In this document: one piece after another, positions 42,158-51,805 of the stretch
Numbering within the stretch: the stretch's first letter is position 1
Layout: each line of letters opens with the position of its first letter
DNA from: Alphaproteobacteria bacterium
GTDB lineage: Bacteria > Pseudomonadota > Alphaproteobacteria > UBA828
NCBI GenBank assembly: GCA_965214705.1
Contig: OZ243972.1
Location: 3,360,001-3,424,000, forward strand
Length of the DNA stretch: 64,000 nt
Direction of reading: 5' to 3'
The notes under the pieces: model-generated
Database searches by the model: none
What the model was told of the DNA's origin: nothing
Seen by the model: the letters and a program-made list of their open reading frames with translations, nothing else
Translations under genes and position numbers: made by a program

Positions 42158-42787
42158 ATGGAGAACCTTTATGACGTCGGCGGTTACGGCTACAAGAAGA
42201 TTGGCTTCGGCGAAAAAATAGCTATTCTCACCGTTGATCTGCAAAACGGTGTGACCAATCCGAAGGCGCTCATGGGGCGCAGTCCAAGTGCTCAGAATGC
42301 CGTCGAGAAAGTGGCACTCATTTGTGAGGCGGCACGGCAGAGGGGTCTGCCCATCATTCACTGTAATACGGCGTTTCAGCCAGACCTCAATGACATGCCT
42401 CCGTGGAAGATCAAGTGCATGCAGGACTGGATTATTGGCTCATGGGAAGTTCAAATCGATGACCGCCTGTGGCGTCCCGGCGACGTCCTCGTGTGCAAGA
42501 AGGTGCCATCAATCTTCTTCGGAACACATTGCTCGACAGTGTTATCAAAATACCATGTCGATACCGTTATTTTGACCGGCGCCAATACGGGCGGCTGCAT
42601 TCGTGCCTCCGCGATTGACAGCTTCTCACACGGCTTCCGCACCATTGTGCCTCGCGAATGCGTATTCGATCAAGGCATCGAATCGCATAACCAAAACCTC
42701 ATCGATATCGAACTCCGCTATGTGGACGTTGAGCCCTATGAAGTTGTGTTGGACAAATTGGAGACGATAGAGAAGCTGGCTGCTTGA
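42158..42787 (+). CDS. Isochorismatase-family cysteine hydrolase (N-carbamoylsarcosine amidase/maleamate amidase-like)
   Basis: GGGGAGG RBS; Asp-Lys-Cys triad motifs TVDLQ, KKVPSIFFGT, GANTGGCIRASAID. Confidence 0.9.
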   Translation: MENLYDVGGYGYKKIGFGEKIAILTVDLQNGVTNPKALMGRSPSAQNAVEKVALICEAARQRGLPIIHCNTAFQPDLNDMPPWKIKCMQDWIIGSWEVQIDDRLWRPGDVLVCKKVPSIFFGTHCSTVLSKYHVDTVILTGANTGGCIRASAIDSFSHGFRTIVPRECVFDQGIESHNQNLIDIELRYVDVEPYEVVLDKLETIEKLAA

Positions 42788-42863
42788 TCTGTCTCCGTTG
42801 TAACGACGCAACCGGGATAAATTGAGGCGCAACGCTAACCCGCGCGGACAAGAGGTGCCACAC

Positions 42864-44927
42864 ATGACCACTCGTTTGGCTGCGGATATCGGCGGTACCT
42901 TTACCGATTTGGTATTCATGGACGAGAAGGGAAGCCTCTCCGTCGAAAAAACCCCTTCTACGCCGGACGAGTTCAGGCGCGGTGTGATGACCGGCGTCGA
43001 AAAGATCTTGGCGACGGTCAATGATGGGGACGGGGACGCGATCGACCTGAAGGACGTCGAATACTTCGTCCACGGCGCGACGGTCGTTTTGAACGCTGTT
43101 ATTCAACGCAAATTGCCAGTGACGGCGCTCGTTACGACGAGCGGTTTTCGCGATGTTCTCGAGATCATGCGGACCAACAATCCGCAGATGTACGATATGC
43201 ATTACGTGAAGCCGAAACCTCTGATCCCGCGCAGGCTGCGGTTCGAGGTGGCGGAGCGCGTGCGGCATACGGGAGAGGTACTTGCGCCGCTGAACGAGGA
43301 TGACGTACGCAGCGTCGCGAAAGATCTTCGCGAGGCCGGCGTCGTTTCGGCGGCGATTTGCTTTCTGCATTCCTACGCGAATCCGGAGCACGAGCGCAGA
43401 GCACGGGAGATCCTCGCCGAGGAGTGTCCCGAGATCGTGGTGTGCCTGTCGTCGGAGGTGGCGGGAGAGGTACGCGAGTTCGAGCGCGGCTCTACGACGA
43501 GCATGAACGCCGCAACCATGCCGATCATTCGCTCGTATCTCGATCGCCTGAACGCCGATCTGCGCGACCTGGGATTACCGCGAGAGCTCTATGTCATGCA
43601 ATCGAATGGCGGCGTCATCAGGGCGAGTAGCGCCCAGACGTTGCCCGTAAGAACGATGTTGTCGGGACCCAGCGGCGGTGTCGTCGGCGGGGCGTACCTG
43701 GCGAATCAGATCGGCCTGCAAAACGTCGTTACCCTGGACATGGGGGGAACCAGCACGGACATCGGCGTGATTGCGGATGGCCGCGCCATGACCGTGGACG
43801 AAAGCAAGATCGATGAGTGGCCGGTCCTCGCACCGATGATCGAAATACTCGCGATCGGCGCGGGTGGGGGCAGCATCGCCTGGCTCGATTCGGGTGGCGC
43901 GCTTCGCGTCGGGCCGCAAAGCGCAGGCGCCATGCCTGGGCCGGTCTGCTATGGACAAGGCGGTGATGAGGCGACCGTTTCGGACGCCTGTCTCGTGCTC
44001 GGGCGGCTGGACCCGGATTACTTTCTCGGTGGCGAGATGTCGCTCGACGTGGACGGAGCCTACCGGGTCATCGAGCAGAAGCTGGCGAAACCCATGGGCA
44101 TGAGCATCCATGAGGCGGCGCTTGGCGTCGTGACGGTGGTCACCACAAATATGGCCAGGGCCATGCGTTCGACCCTGATCGCTCGCGGCCTTGATCCACG
44201 GGACTTCTGCCTCATGGCGTTCGGTGGGGCCGGCGGCATGGTCGTAGGCGATCTTCTGAAGGCGGGCGACATCAACCGTGCGGTTGTGCCCAACGATCCG
44301 GGTGCGCTTTGTGCATTTGGCATGTTGGTGACCGACTTCCGGCACGACTTGGGCGCCACAATGGTCCGGCCTCTTTCCGATGTGGATGGAGAGGAAGTCG
44401 CCCGTCTGTTCGCCAAACTCGAGATGGATGCGGTGGGGCGTCTGGAGAATGACGGTGTGGAGAGTGAGCGCATAACGCCAGAACGCTTCATCGATGTCCG
44501 CTATATCGGCCAGGAGTACTATCTCAAGATTCCCGTCGAGAACGACTCGGTCGACTTCGGGAAGCTACAGAGCGATTTCAATGCGGCGCACGAGCGCATC
44601 TACGGATACGCGACGCCGCAATTCCCTTGCGAGCTCGTCAACCTGCGTGTCACGGCGCTTGGCAAGGTCGAGCGACCGACAATTCCGCGATACTCTCTCC
44701 GCAGCACTGACGATGGCCCACTCGCTCCGATCGGCAATCGGAAAGTTCACTACCAGACGGGTGTCTTGGATACCGACATCTACAAGATCGAATCCATCCG
44801 CGCTGGCGACCGCTTCGATCGGCCGGCAGTGATCGAGGACCCACGCTCCACGTTCGTCGTGTTGCCAGGGCAAGTCGCCCGTGTCGATGAACACCGCAAT
44901 GTACATGTCGAGGAGGTGGCCGCCTGA
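42864..44927 (+). CDS. Hydantoinase A/oxoprolinase ATP-binding subunit (pair 1)
   Basis: DIGGTFTD, HGATV..NA, MQSNGG, SGPSGG, DMGGTSTD, GAGGGSIA, VGPQSAGA.PGP.CYG. Confidence 0.95.
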   Translation: MTTRLAADIGGTFTDLVFMDEKGSLSVEKTPSTPDEFRRGVMTGVEKILATVNDGDGDAIDLKDVEYFVHGATVVLNAVIQRKLPVTALVTTSGFRDVLEIMRTNNPQMYDMHYVKPKPLIPRRLRFEVAERVRHTGEVLAPLNEDDVRSVAKDLREAGVVSAAICFLHSYANPEHERRAREILAEECPEIVVCLSSEVAGEVREFERGSTTSMNAATMPIIRSYLDRLNADLRDLGLPRELYVMQSNGGVIRASSAQTLPVRTMLSGPSGGVVGGAYLANQIGLQNVVTLDMGGTSTDIGVIADGRAMTVDESKIDEWPVLAPMIEILAIGAGGGSIAWLDSGGALRVGPQSAGAMPGPVCYGQGGDEATVSDACLVLGRLDPDYFLGGEMSLDVDGAYRVIEQKLAKPMGMSIHEAALGVVTVVTTNMARAMRSTLIARGLDPRDFCLMAFGGAGGMVVGDLLKAGDINRAVVPNDPGALCAFGMLVTDFRHDLGATMVRPLSDVDGEEVARLFAKLEMDAVGRLENDGVESERITPERFIDVRYIGQEYYLKIPVENDSVDFGKLQSDFNAAHERIYGYATPQFPCELVNLRVTALGKVERPTIPRYSLRSTDDGPLAPIGNRKVHYQTGVLDTDIYKIESIRAGDRFDRPAVIEDPRSTFVVLPGQVARVDEHRNVHVEEVAA

Positions 44928-44934
44928 ATCGTGA

Positions 44935-46761
44935 ATGGCGGGCGCGAATACTCAACGATTGAGGACTGACGTCATGGCAAAAGCGCTAACCGACGTTCCC
45001 GTCGAATCAGTCAACCAGACGAGCAAGATCGATCCGATCACCCTCGAAGTTGTACGCACGGGGCTCATCGCAATCGTGCATGAGATGACCATCACCCTTG
45101 CGCGAACCTCTTACTCGACGATCATTCGAGAGGTGCACGACTACAGCTGCGTTTTGTTCGACGCAAAAGGGCGGCTGATCGCGCAGGCTGAGGGTATTCC
45201 CATATTCAATGGAAGTATGAATTTCGTCATCGATGAAGTGCTGAAGAAATATCCGGTCGAGGACATCGAAGAGGGAGATATCTTTATATCGAACGACCCT
45301 TATACCGGGGGCGGAACGCACAAGAATGACATCAACATCGTCATGCCCATTTTTTGGGATGGCAAGCTGGAGATGTTGAGTGCGAGCAAGGCACATCACT
45401 TGGACATAGGCGGTAAAGACCCTGGAAGCTGGTCCGCCGATGCGCAAAACACGTTTCAAGAGGGATTAAGCTTGCCGATCATAAGATTGGCGAGAAACGG
45501 CGAGATCAATGAGGCCGTCACAGATATTTTATTTGCCAATATGCGGGTGCCTCAGCTCTCGCGCGGAGACTTTTCCGCGCAAATTGCTGCGGGAAAAACG
45601 GCCGAGATGCGTGCTCATGCCTGGCTCCAGAAGAACGGAGTACAACTGTTCCGGGATGCTGCCGAGGAACTGATTGACCATGGTGAGCGTCTTACTCGCG
45701 CAGCGATCGAAGCCATACCGGATGGTGTTTATATCGCTGAGGGTTACGCCGATATCGAAGCCAACTCAAACGAGCCGATTCCGGTAAAGGCGACCGTAAC
45801 CGTTCAAGGTAGTGATATCGAGATCGATTTCTCGGGAAGCGCGAGGCAACGCAATGCCGCGTCGAGCAACTGCCATTGGGTCAATACGGTGTCCATGACC
45901 CGAGAGTTCATGATGTTCTTGACCGACACCTCGCTCGGAGCAAACGAGGGCTCGTATCGGCCGATAAAGATCAAGGCAGAGGCTGGTTCAGTGTTCAAGC
46001 CCGAATACCCAGCGCCAGTAACCACCGGCATGGGAGATATGGGTACGCGACTGGTCGAGCTGCTGTTCCAAGCACTGTCCGGCGTCCTGCCGAATGAAGT
46101 GATTGCCGGCACCTTCGGTAACTTCAGCTGTATGACGATTGCCGGTTTCGACCCGGATACTGGCGCGGAATTCGTCCATTTCTCGCCCTACGCCGGTGGC
46201 TGGGGAGGCCGAGCCTTTGCGGATGGCAACACGGCTGTGGTCTCCCTTGGTAGTGGAGACAACTTCAATATCCCATGCGAAGTCATGGAAACGAAGATGA
46301 CTGGTCTCTTGGCGGAAAGCTTTCGCTTGCAACCGAAATCAGCAGGGCACGGCAAGCATCGAGGCGGATTCGGCGTTGCCTACGATTACCGACTGCTTTG
46401 GCCGGGAGAGTTCACGATTGCGCTGGATCGCGATCAGTATCCACCCTATGGCCTTTTTGGGGGAGGCGAGGGCTCGGGGAGCGGACTCCACGTCAACCCA
46501 GACAACGGCAGTGAAGAGATTTGGCATCGGAAAAGCGGCGTGCGTGTGCCAGCGGGTACCATTCTCAGCCACAGAACGGCGGGTGGAGGCGGATATGGCA
46601 ACCCAACCGAACGTGAGCCGGAGTTGGTGCTCGAAGATGTCCAAAATGAGCTCGTGAGCTGCCGGGACGCAAGGAACATTTACCGTGTCGTCATCAACGA
46701 GAATGATATGAGCCTCGATGAGGACGGCACTGCGAGGCTCAGGGCCCAGGCCGCGCGTTAG
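44935..46761 (+). CDS. Hydantoinase B/oxoprolinase subunit (pair 1)
   Basis: DPITLEV, NDPYTGGGTHKND, AHHLDIGG..PGS, GKHRGG, GGGGYGNP.ER. The start may be 44974. Confidence 0.95.
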   Translation: MAGANTQRLRTDVMAKALTDVPVESVNQTSKIDPITLEVVRTGLIAIVHEMTITLARTSYSTIIREVHDYSCVLFDAKGRLIAQAEGIPIFNGSMNFVIDEVLKKYPVEDIEEGDIFISNDPYTGGGTHKNDINIVMPIFWDGKLEMLSASKAHHLDIGGKDPGSWSADAQNTFQEGLSLPIIRLARNGEINEAVTDILFANMRVPQLSRGDFSAQIAAGKTAEMRAHAWLQKNGVQLFRDAAEELIDHGERLTRAAIEAIPDGVYIAEGYADIEANSNEPIPVKATVTVQGSDIEIDFSGSARQRNAASSNCHWVNTVSMTREFMMFLTDTSLGANEGSYRPIKIKAEAGSVFKPEYPAPVTTGMGDMGTRLVELLFQALSGVLPNEVIAGTFGNFSCMTIAGFDPDTGAEFVHFSPYAGGWGGRAFADGNTAVVSLGSGDNFNIPCEVMETKMTGLLAESFRLQPKSAGHGKHRGGFGVAYDYRLLWPGEFTIALDRDQYPPYGLFGGGEGSGSGLHVNPDNGSEEIWHRKSGVRVPAGTILSHRTAGGGGYGNPTEREPELVLEDVQNELVSCRDARNIYRVVINENDMSLDEDGTARLRAQAAR

Positions 46762-46891
46762 GGTGACGAAGAGCGACCGGAAATAGCGGGGGAGGCAACA
46801 CGTACCTCAAGAGCATTCGCAACCAGCAAGAGACGAGCATTGCCAATGCTAGGGCGGTGCTCGTGCGAACGGGGAGACAGAGGAGGAGACG

Positions 46892-48250
46892 ATGGGAAAG
46901 CGAAACAGCAAGGCCAAGGCAACCGATAAGGGAACGACCGGCACCAGCCGGCGAGACTTTCTGAAAACCTCGGCACTCGCCGCTGGCGGTGCGGCAGTCG
47001 GCGGGGGACTCTTGATCAAGACAGGTCGCCCTGCCAAGGCGAATGGAGAGCCTATTCCCATTGGCTGCATGACGGCGTTGACCGGCCCCGCCGCGGCGTC
47101 AGGGCAGGAGACGAAGCGTGGCTTCGAACTGGCCGTGGAAGAGATCAACGCCATGGGCGGCATCGTCGGTCGTCCAATCGAGGGGCACGTCATTGACACC
47201 AAGAACCGGAGTGCCGAGGAGGTCGTGGGTGCGGCGAACCTGCTCATCGATCGGCATGGCGTGCACGCCATCGTCAACGGGCACAACATCGGTTCCCAAA
47301 ATGCGGAATACGAAACTGTTGCCGATGCCGGGATTATCTACATCCACACCAATACATTGCTGTCCCATCGTGAAGTTGTGACCAGCGATCCCGAGCGGTA
47401 TTTCAGCATCTTCATGGGCGATCCGGCGGAGTACTGGTACGGGCCCGGATGGCTCCGTTATGCCGCCCATCTTCGCGATTCGGGGAAATGGACCCCAGCA
47501 AACAACAAGCTCGCGCTCGTGAGCGGCAGTTCGCCTTACAGCATCACCATCATTAATGCAGCGCAGCAGACGGCAGCCGACTTCGGCTGGGATCTGGTGT
47601 TCGGGCCTGAAATCATCCAAACGCCGACGACTCAGTGGGGTCCGGTTTTGGCCCAGCTGCGCGATATCAACCCGGCTCTGCTACTTCACTCACATCTCTA
47701 CGCCGGTGACATCGCGAACTTCATGATCCAGTTCCGGCATAACCCAACCCAGACGTTGATCTACTTCCCTTGGGGTCCCTTGCTTGCGCCGTTCCGTGAA
47801 ATCGGCGGTACCAGCGCCGAAGGGGTCATCAGTTCCACGGTTATGGGACTTCCCCAGGATCGCATCGGGGAGGAGTTCAACGCCAAGTACACCGCGCGTT
47901 ACGGCGCGGATTCATCCGCGATCGCGGGTTGCGTACCCTACGGGCTCCTGCACCACTTCGCGCTGTGTGCGGCGGCAGCCGGGGGGACGGGCGAGCCCGG
48001 CGATTACGAGCAGAACCGGAAGATCGCGGAGCAACTCAAGCGTATCAAGTATCGGGCTGTCTTCGGCACCATCAACTATCATCCCGAGTGGCAATCGGCG
48101 GTACCGTACCCTGACTATGAGGAGAAGGATCCATCCCTTGGGATGCCGCACCTGTTCTACCAGATTCACGATCATACGGATTACCCCAAGCTGATCGCGC
48201 CCTATCCGTATGACGCAAACGAGTTCAGGTTGCCTGCTTGGCTGGCATAG
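46892..48250 (+). CDS. ABC substrate-binding protein (LivJ/K-like), Tat signal
   Basis: SRRDFLK twin-arginine motif; LAVEEINAMGGIVGRPIE. Confidence 0.9.
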   Translation: MGKRNSKAKATDKGTTGTSRRDFLKTSALAAGGAAVGGGLLIKTGRPAKANGEPIPIGCMTALTGPAAASGQETKRGFELAVEEINAMGGIVGRPIEGHVIDTKNRSAEEVVGAANLLIDRHGVHAIVNGHNIGSQNAEYETVADAGIIYIHTNTLLSHREVVTSDPERYFSIFMGDPAEYWYGPGWLRYAAHLRDSGKWTPANNKLALVSGSSPYSITIINAAQQTAADFGWDLVFGPEIIQTPTTQWGPVLAQLRDINPALLLHSHLYAGDIANFMIQFRHNPTQTLIYFPWGPLLAPFREIGGTSAEGVISSTVMGLPQDRIGEEFNAKYTARYGADSSAIAGCVPYGLLHHFALCAAAAGGTGEPGDYEQNRKIAEQLKRIKYRAVFGTINYHPEWQSAVPYPDYEEKDPSLGMPHLFYQIHDHTDYPKLIAPYPYDANEFRLPAWLA

Positions 48251-49093
48251 GTGGCCGTCGCGTTGGATTCTGGTAACGGGACGCATGACGCGTCCCGACC
48301 GCTGCTGTCGTGCCGAGGTATCTCCAAGTATTTCGGCGCGATGGCGGCGATCAAGGATCTCCATTTTGACGTTCTGCCGGGAGAGGTGCTGGGCATCGGG
48401 GGACCGAACGGCGCGGGAAAAACGACGCTGTTCGATGTGATTTCGGGCGTTACGCCTGCAGATGGCGGATCGCTCGAGTTCGACGGCGTACAGCTTCTAG
48501 GGAAGAGCGCTCACGAAATCTGCCACCGGGGTATCGTCAGGACATTTCAGCTCGATGCCGTTTTCGACACGCTCACCGTGCGGGAAAACATTCTGTGCGC
48601 GTCATATTTCGGCTCTCGAAACGTATTCTTTCCGAAAGTTAAGTACGATTCAGAATCCGTCTCGCAAGCGGACGCCGCAATCGAGCTGACGCGGCTCGGC
48701 GATTTTGCCGACTTGCCGGCAAACCAGTTGCCGGTATTGCAGCGCAAGCTCTTGATGATCGCGAGTGCGATTTCGATGAGGCCTAAGTTGCTGCTTTTAG
48801 ACGAACCGGTCGGGGGACTGACACCGCCGGAAATTGACCAGGTGCTTGAACTGGTTAATGAGCTACGGCGTGTCAGCGAGCTGCCCATTGTGGTTATCGA
48901 GCACGTTATGAGATTTCTTGTGGCCTTGTCCGATCGCATCATGATCATGCATCACGGGGAGAAGATCTACGAGGGGTCGGCGCGAGGTTTGGCGCAAAAT
49001 CCCACTGTTGTCGAGGTATATCTCGGTAAGGGTGCGACGGCCCGGCTGCAACATATGGTCGACGCGGAGGAGGGTGCGCGGGCCGGTGTCTGA
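48251..49093 (+). CDS. ABC ATP-binding protein (LivG-like)
   Basis: GPNGAGKTT, LLDEPVGGL, IEHVM, EVYLG. Confidence 0.92.
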   Translation: MAVALDSGNGTHDASRPLLSCRGISKYFGAMAAIKDLHFDVLPGEVLGIGGPNGAGKTTLFDVISGVTPADGGSLEFDGVQLLGKSAHEICHRGIVRTFQLDAVFDTLTVRENILCASYFGSRNVFFPKVKYDSESVSQADAAIELTRLGDFADLPANQLPVLQRKLLMIASAISMRPKLLLLDEPVGGLTPPEIDQVLELVNELRRVSELPIVVIEHVMRFLVALSDRIMIMHHGEKIYEGSARGLAQNPTVVEVYLGKGATARLQHMVDAEEGARAGV

Positions 49094-49802
49094 ACCTCTC
49101 CTGCGGGTAAGCAATATTTCGGCTGGCTATGGCGGAAAGATTGTCATTCGGGACGTGTCTCTGGAAGTGCCTGAAGGTGGAGCGGTCGGTATTGTAGGGC
49201 CGAACGGCCACGGCAAAACGACGCTTCTCAACTGTGTATCGGCGTTCGTGCCGCTATTGGGCGGCGAAATCCGTCTCAGCGGTCAGCGGCTGGACGGGAA
49301 ACCGCCTCACCGAATTGTGGAATATGGCGTCGTGCATATTCCGCAGGACAATAGAATATTTCCCGAGATGACAGTCCACGACAATTTGATGATGGGCGCT
49401 TATCTTCGGAAATCCCAAAAGGACGCGCCGGAACGCCTTAGATACGTCTTTACCCTGTTTCCACGTTTGGAAGAGCGACAAAAGCAGGTCGCCAGCACGT
49501 TGTCGGGCGGCGAGCGGCGAATGCTCAGTATTGGTCGAGGGTTGATGACTGGGGGGAGGCTGCTCATGATCGATGAGCCGACCCTCGGTCTCTCTCCTCT
49601 TATGGCGGAAACCATTTATGGCACCCTGAGTCGCTTGCGGGAAGAGGGCTACAGTATCCTTCTGGTGGACGAAAATCCCACGCGTATCACCGAGATTGCG
49701 GAACGGGTCTACTTGCTTGACGACGGCTCATTCGTCTGGAGCGGAAATTCGTCTGAACTGGAGCACAGCAGCGAATTGCTCGAGACGTACCTGGGTGGGT
49801 GA
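49086..49802 (+). CDS. ABC ATP-binding protein (LivF-like)
   Basis: GPNGHGKTT, LSGGERRML, IDEPTLGLSP; GTG start at 49086. Confidence 0.92.
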   Translation: MSEPLLRVSNISAGYGGKIVIRDVSLEVPEGGAVGIVGPNGHGKTTLLNCVSAFVPLLGGEIRLSGQRLDGKPPHRIVEYGVVHIPQDNRIFPEMTVHDNLMMGAYLRKSQKDAPERLRYVFTLFPRLEERQKQVASTLSGGERRMLSIGRGLMTGGRLLMIDEPTLGLSPLMAETIYGTLSRLREEGYSILLVDENPTRITEIAERVYLLDDGSFVWSGNSSELEHSSELLETYLGG

Positions 49803-50689
49803 GGGAAACCTTGGACGCTTTCGTTCAAGTGATCGTGAGCGGGCTCACCCTGGGTGGTATGTACGCCGTGAGCGTGATCGGCCTCGCCCTCGTCTGGGGC
49901 GTTGTCGGCATGCTCAACATGGCGCATGGCGCAATGCTGGCGATCGGCGGCTACGCCTCATTGGTCGCCGTGCAGTATCTGGGCCTTCCATGGATGTTCG
50001 GTCTACCGGCTGCCGTAGTCATCGGCGTCATCGCCGGTGCGCTTGTCTATTACGGAATCGTCCATTGGATGGTGAGTTCTCCCTTATTTGAGACGAATAT
50101 TATCATTGCGACGGTGGGTCTTGCGATTGTGATCACGAGCGTGATGACGACAGTCTTTAGCGGTTATCCCAAGAAGCAGCCATTTTTTGTTGAAGGCGGC
50201 GTACGGGTTAGTGAAATCCTGGTTCCCTATCAGACGATCATTATCATCATCGTTGCATTGGCGATGATGTTTCTCATTTATCTCTTGCTCAGCCGCACGA
50301 GAATGGGCCGTGCCATTCGCGCGACAGCTCAAGATCAACGGGGCGCTCAAATCGTCGGGGTGCCGGTCAAGCGCGTATTTCTCCAGGTCATGATGATCGC
50401 AGGTGCCGTGGCCGGTCTATCAGGCGTCATGCTGTCTTCGGTTTCTACCCTTTCACCCCAGGTGGGAACCGACCCGATGCTCAAGGCCTTCATCATCTGC
50501 GTGATAGCGGGGCTGGGCAATGTACCCGGTGCGATGTTGTTCGCTTTCGTCCTTGGTCTATTTGAGGTCGGTGTTCAGTTCATCATTGGGTCCAAATGGG
50601 GCTTCCCGGCGATGCTAGTTGTCGCCATTATCATCTTGATTTGGCGCCCCTACGGTGTCTTCGGTCAGAGGACGGTGCGTCGAGTGTAG
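49799..50689 (+). CDS. ABC permease (LivH-like)
   Basis: GLALVWGVVGMLNMAHG, GRAIRATAQD, RPYGVFG. Confidence 0.92.
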   Translation: MRETLDAFVQVIVSGLTLGGMYAVSVIGLALVWGVVGMLNMAHGAMLAIGGYASLVAVQYLGLPWMFGLPAAVVIGVIAGALVYYGIVHWMVSSPLFETNIIIATVGLAIVITSVMTTVFSGYPKKQPFFVEGGVRVSEILVPYQTIIIIIVALAMMFLIYLLLSRTRMGRAIRATAQDQRGAQIVGVPVKRVFLQVMMIAGAVAGLSGVMLSSVSTLSPQVGTDPMLKAFIICVIAGLGNVPGAMLFAFVLGLFEVGVQFIIGSKWGFPAMLVVAIIILIWRPYGVFGQRTVRRV

Positions 50690-50691
50690 CC

Positions 50692-51741
50692 ATGCTCTTC
50701 GTCACTCGAATGCGGCCGGAGCCTGTCATTGCCGTCCTGCTTGTGGCGTTCGCCATTGCCATTCCCTGGATGGGACCATCGAAGTACATTCTCAATCAAC
50801 TCGTCCTCTTTTTTATCTGGGCAGGAATCGTCACCCAGTGGAATCTCGTCTTCGGGGTCGCGGGAATCTTCTCGTTGGCGCAAATGCTCGTGTTCGCCAC
50901 CGGCGGATACAGCGCGGCGATGATTTCCCTCTACCTCGGCTGGTCTCTGTGGATCACGGCACCGATCGGTGCTGTAATTGCGGTCGTGGCCAGCACCATA
51001 GTCGGCGCCGCCACGCTACGCTTGCGTGGCGTCTATGTGGCATTGCTGACGCTCGCGTTCGCCGTCATCATGCGAACGATGATTGTCACCGATACGGATT
51101 GTTTCTTCTATAAGGGAGTGACGTGCTACAATTTTACGGGCGGCCCCAGAGGTTTGTCGCGATTCGGCGATTTTCACTTTCGTGACTGGCTCGGCTTCAG
51201 GCACGCCATATGGGGCAACTACTATTTGGGCTTGTTCCTATTGTCCGTCGGGACGGTGTTTGCATTTACCGTGATTCGAAGCCCACTCGGCCATGTCTTT
51301 CGCGCGTTACGTGATAATGAGATCGTAGCGTCAACGCGCGGAATCAACCGCGTCAAGTATCAGTTGATCGTGTTCGCCCTTTCCGCATTTTTCACCGGAT
51401 TGATGGGCGGCTTCTACGCCGGGCACTTCAAAGCAATGGGCCCAACCATCCTCGACTTGTCGACAATGCTGTTTCTGCTGTCGATGATGGTGGTGGGTGG
51501 CTTGGGCAAGCCGTGGGGACCGCTGCTGGGTTGTGCCCTAATGATGTTTGTGGATGACGCCCTCAAGGACTTTGCGGAGTGGCGCATGGTTGGGTTCGGA
51601 CTGATAACGATTCTGTTCATTCTGTTTATGGGGAAGGGCGTCGCCGGTCTGATAGAGGATGTGTGGTCGTGGCTTCTCAGAGGTGCGCCGTTGCGGGTGG
51701 GCGCACTCAAAGTCAGTCTTATGAGGAAGCGACAGAGCTAA
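50692..51741 (+). CDS. ABC permease (LivM-like)
   Basis: WNLVFGVAGIFSLAQ, LRLRGVYVALLT, RALRDNE, VVGGLG. Confidence 0.9.
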   Translation: MLFVTRMRPEPVIAVLLVAFAIAIPWMGPSKYILNQLVLFFIWAGIVTQWNLVFGVAGIFSLAQMLVFATGGYSAAMISLYLGWSLWITAPIGAVIAVVASTIVGAATLRLRGVYVALLTLAFAVIMRTMIVTDTDCFFYKGVTCYNFTGGPRGLSRFGDFHFRDWLGFRHAIWGNYYLGLFLLSVGTVFAFTVIRSPLGHVFRALRDNEIVASTRGINRVKYQLIVFALSAFFTGLMGGFYAGHFKAMGPTILDLSTMLFLLSMMVVGGLGKPWGPLLGCALMMFVDDALKDFAEWRMVGFGLITILFILFMGKGVAGLIEDVWSWLLRGAPLRVGALKVSLMRKRQS

Positions 51742-51805
51742 GGGGGCAGGCTCGCAGGCTGGAGCCCGAAATGCGCGCTGCTCGGACGTCAAGGTGTGTG
51801 TCGGT

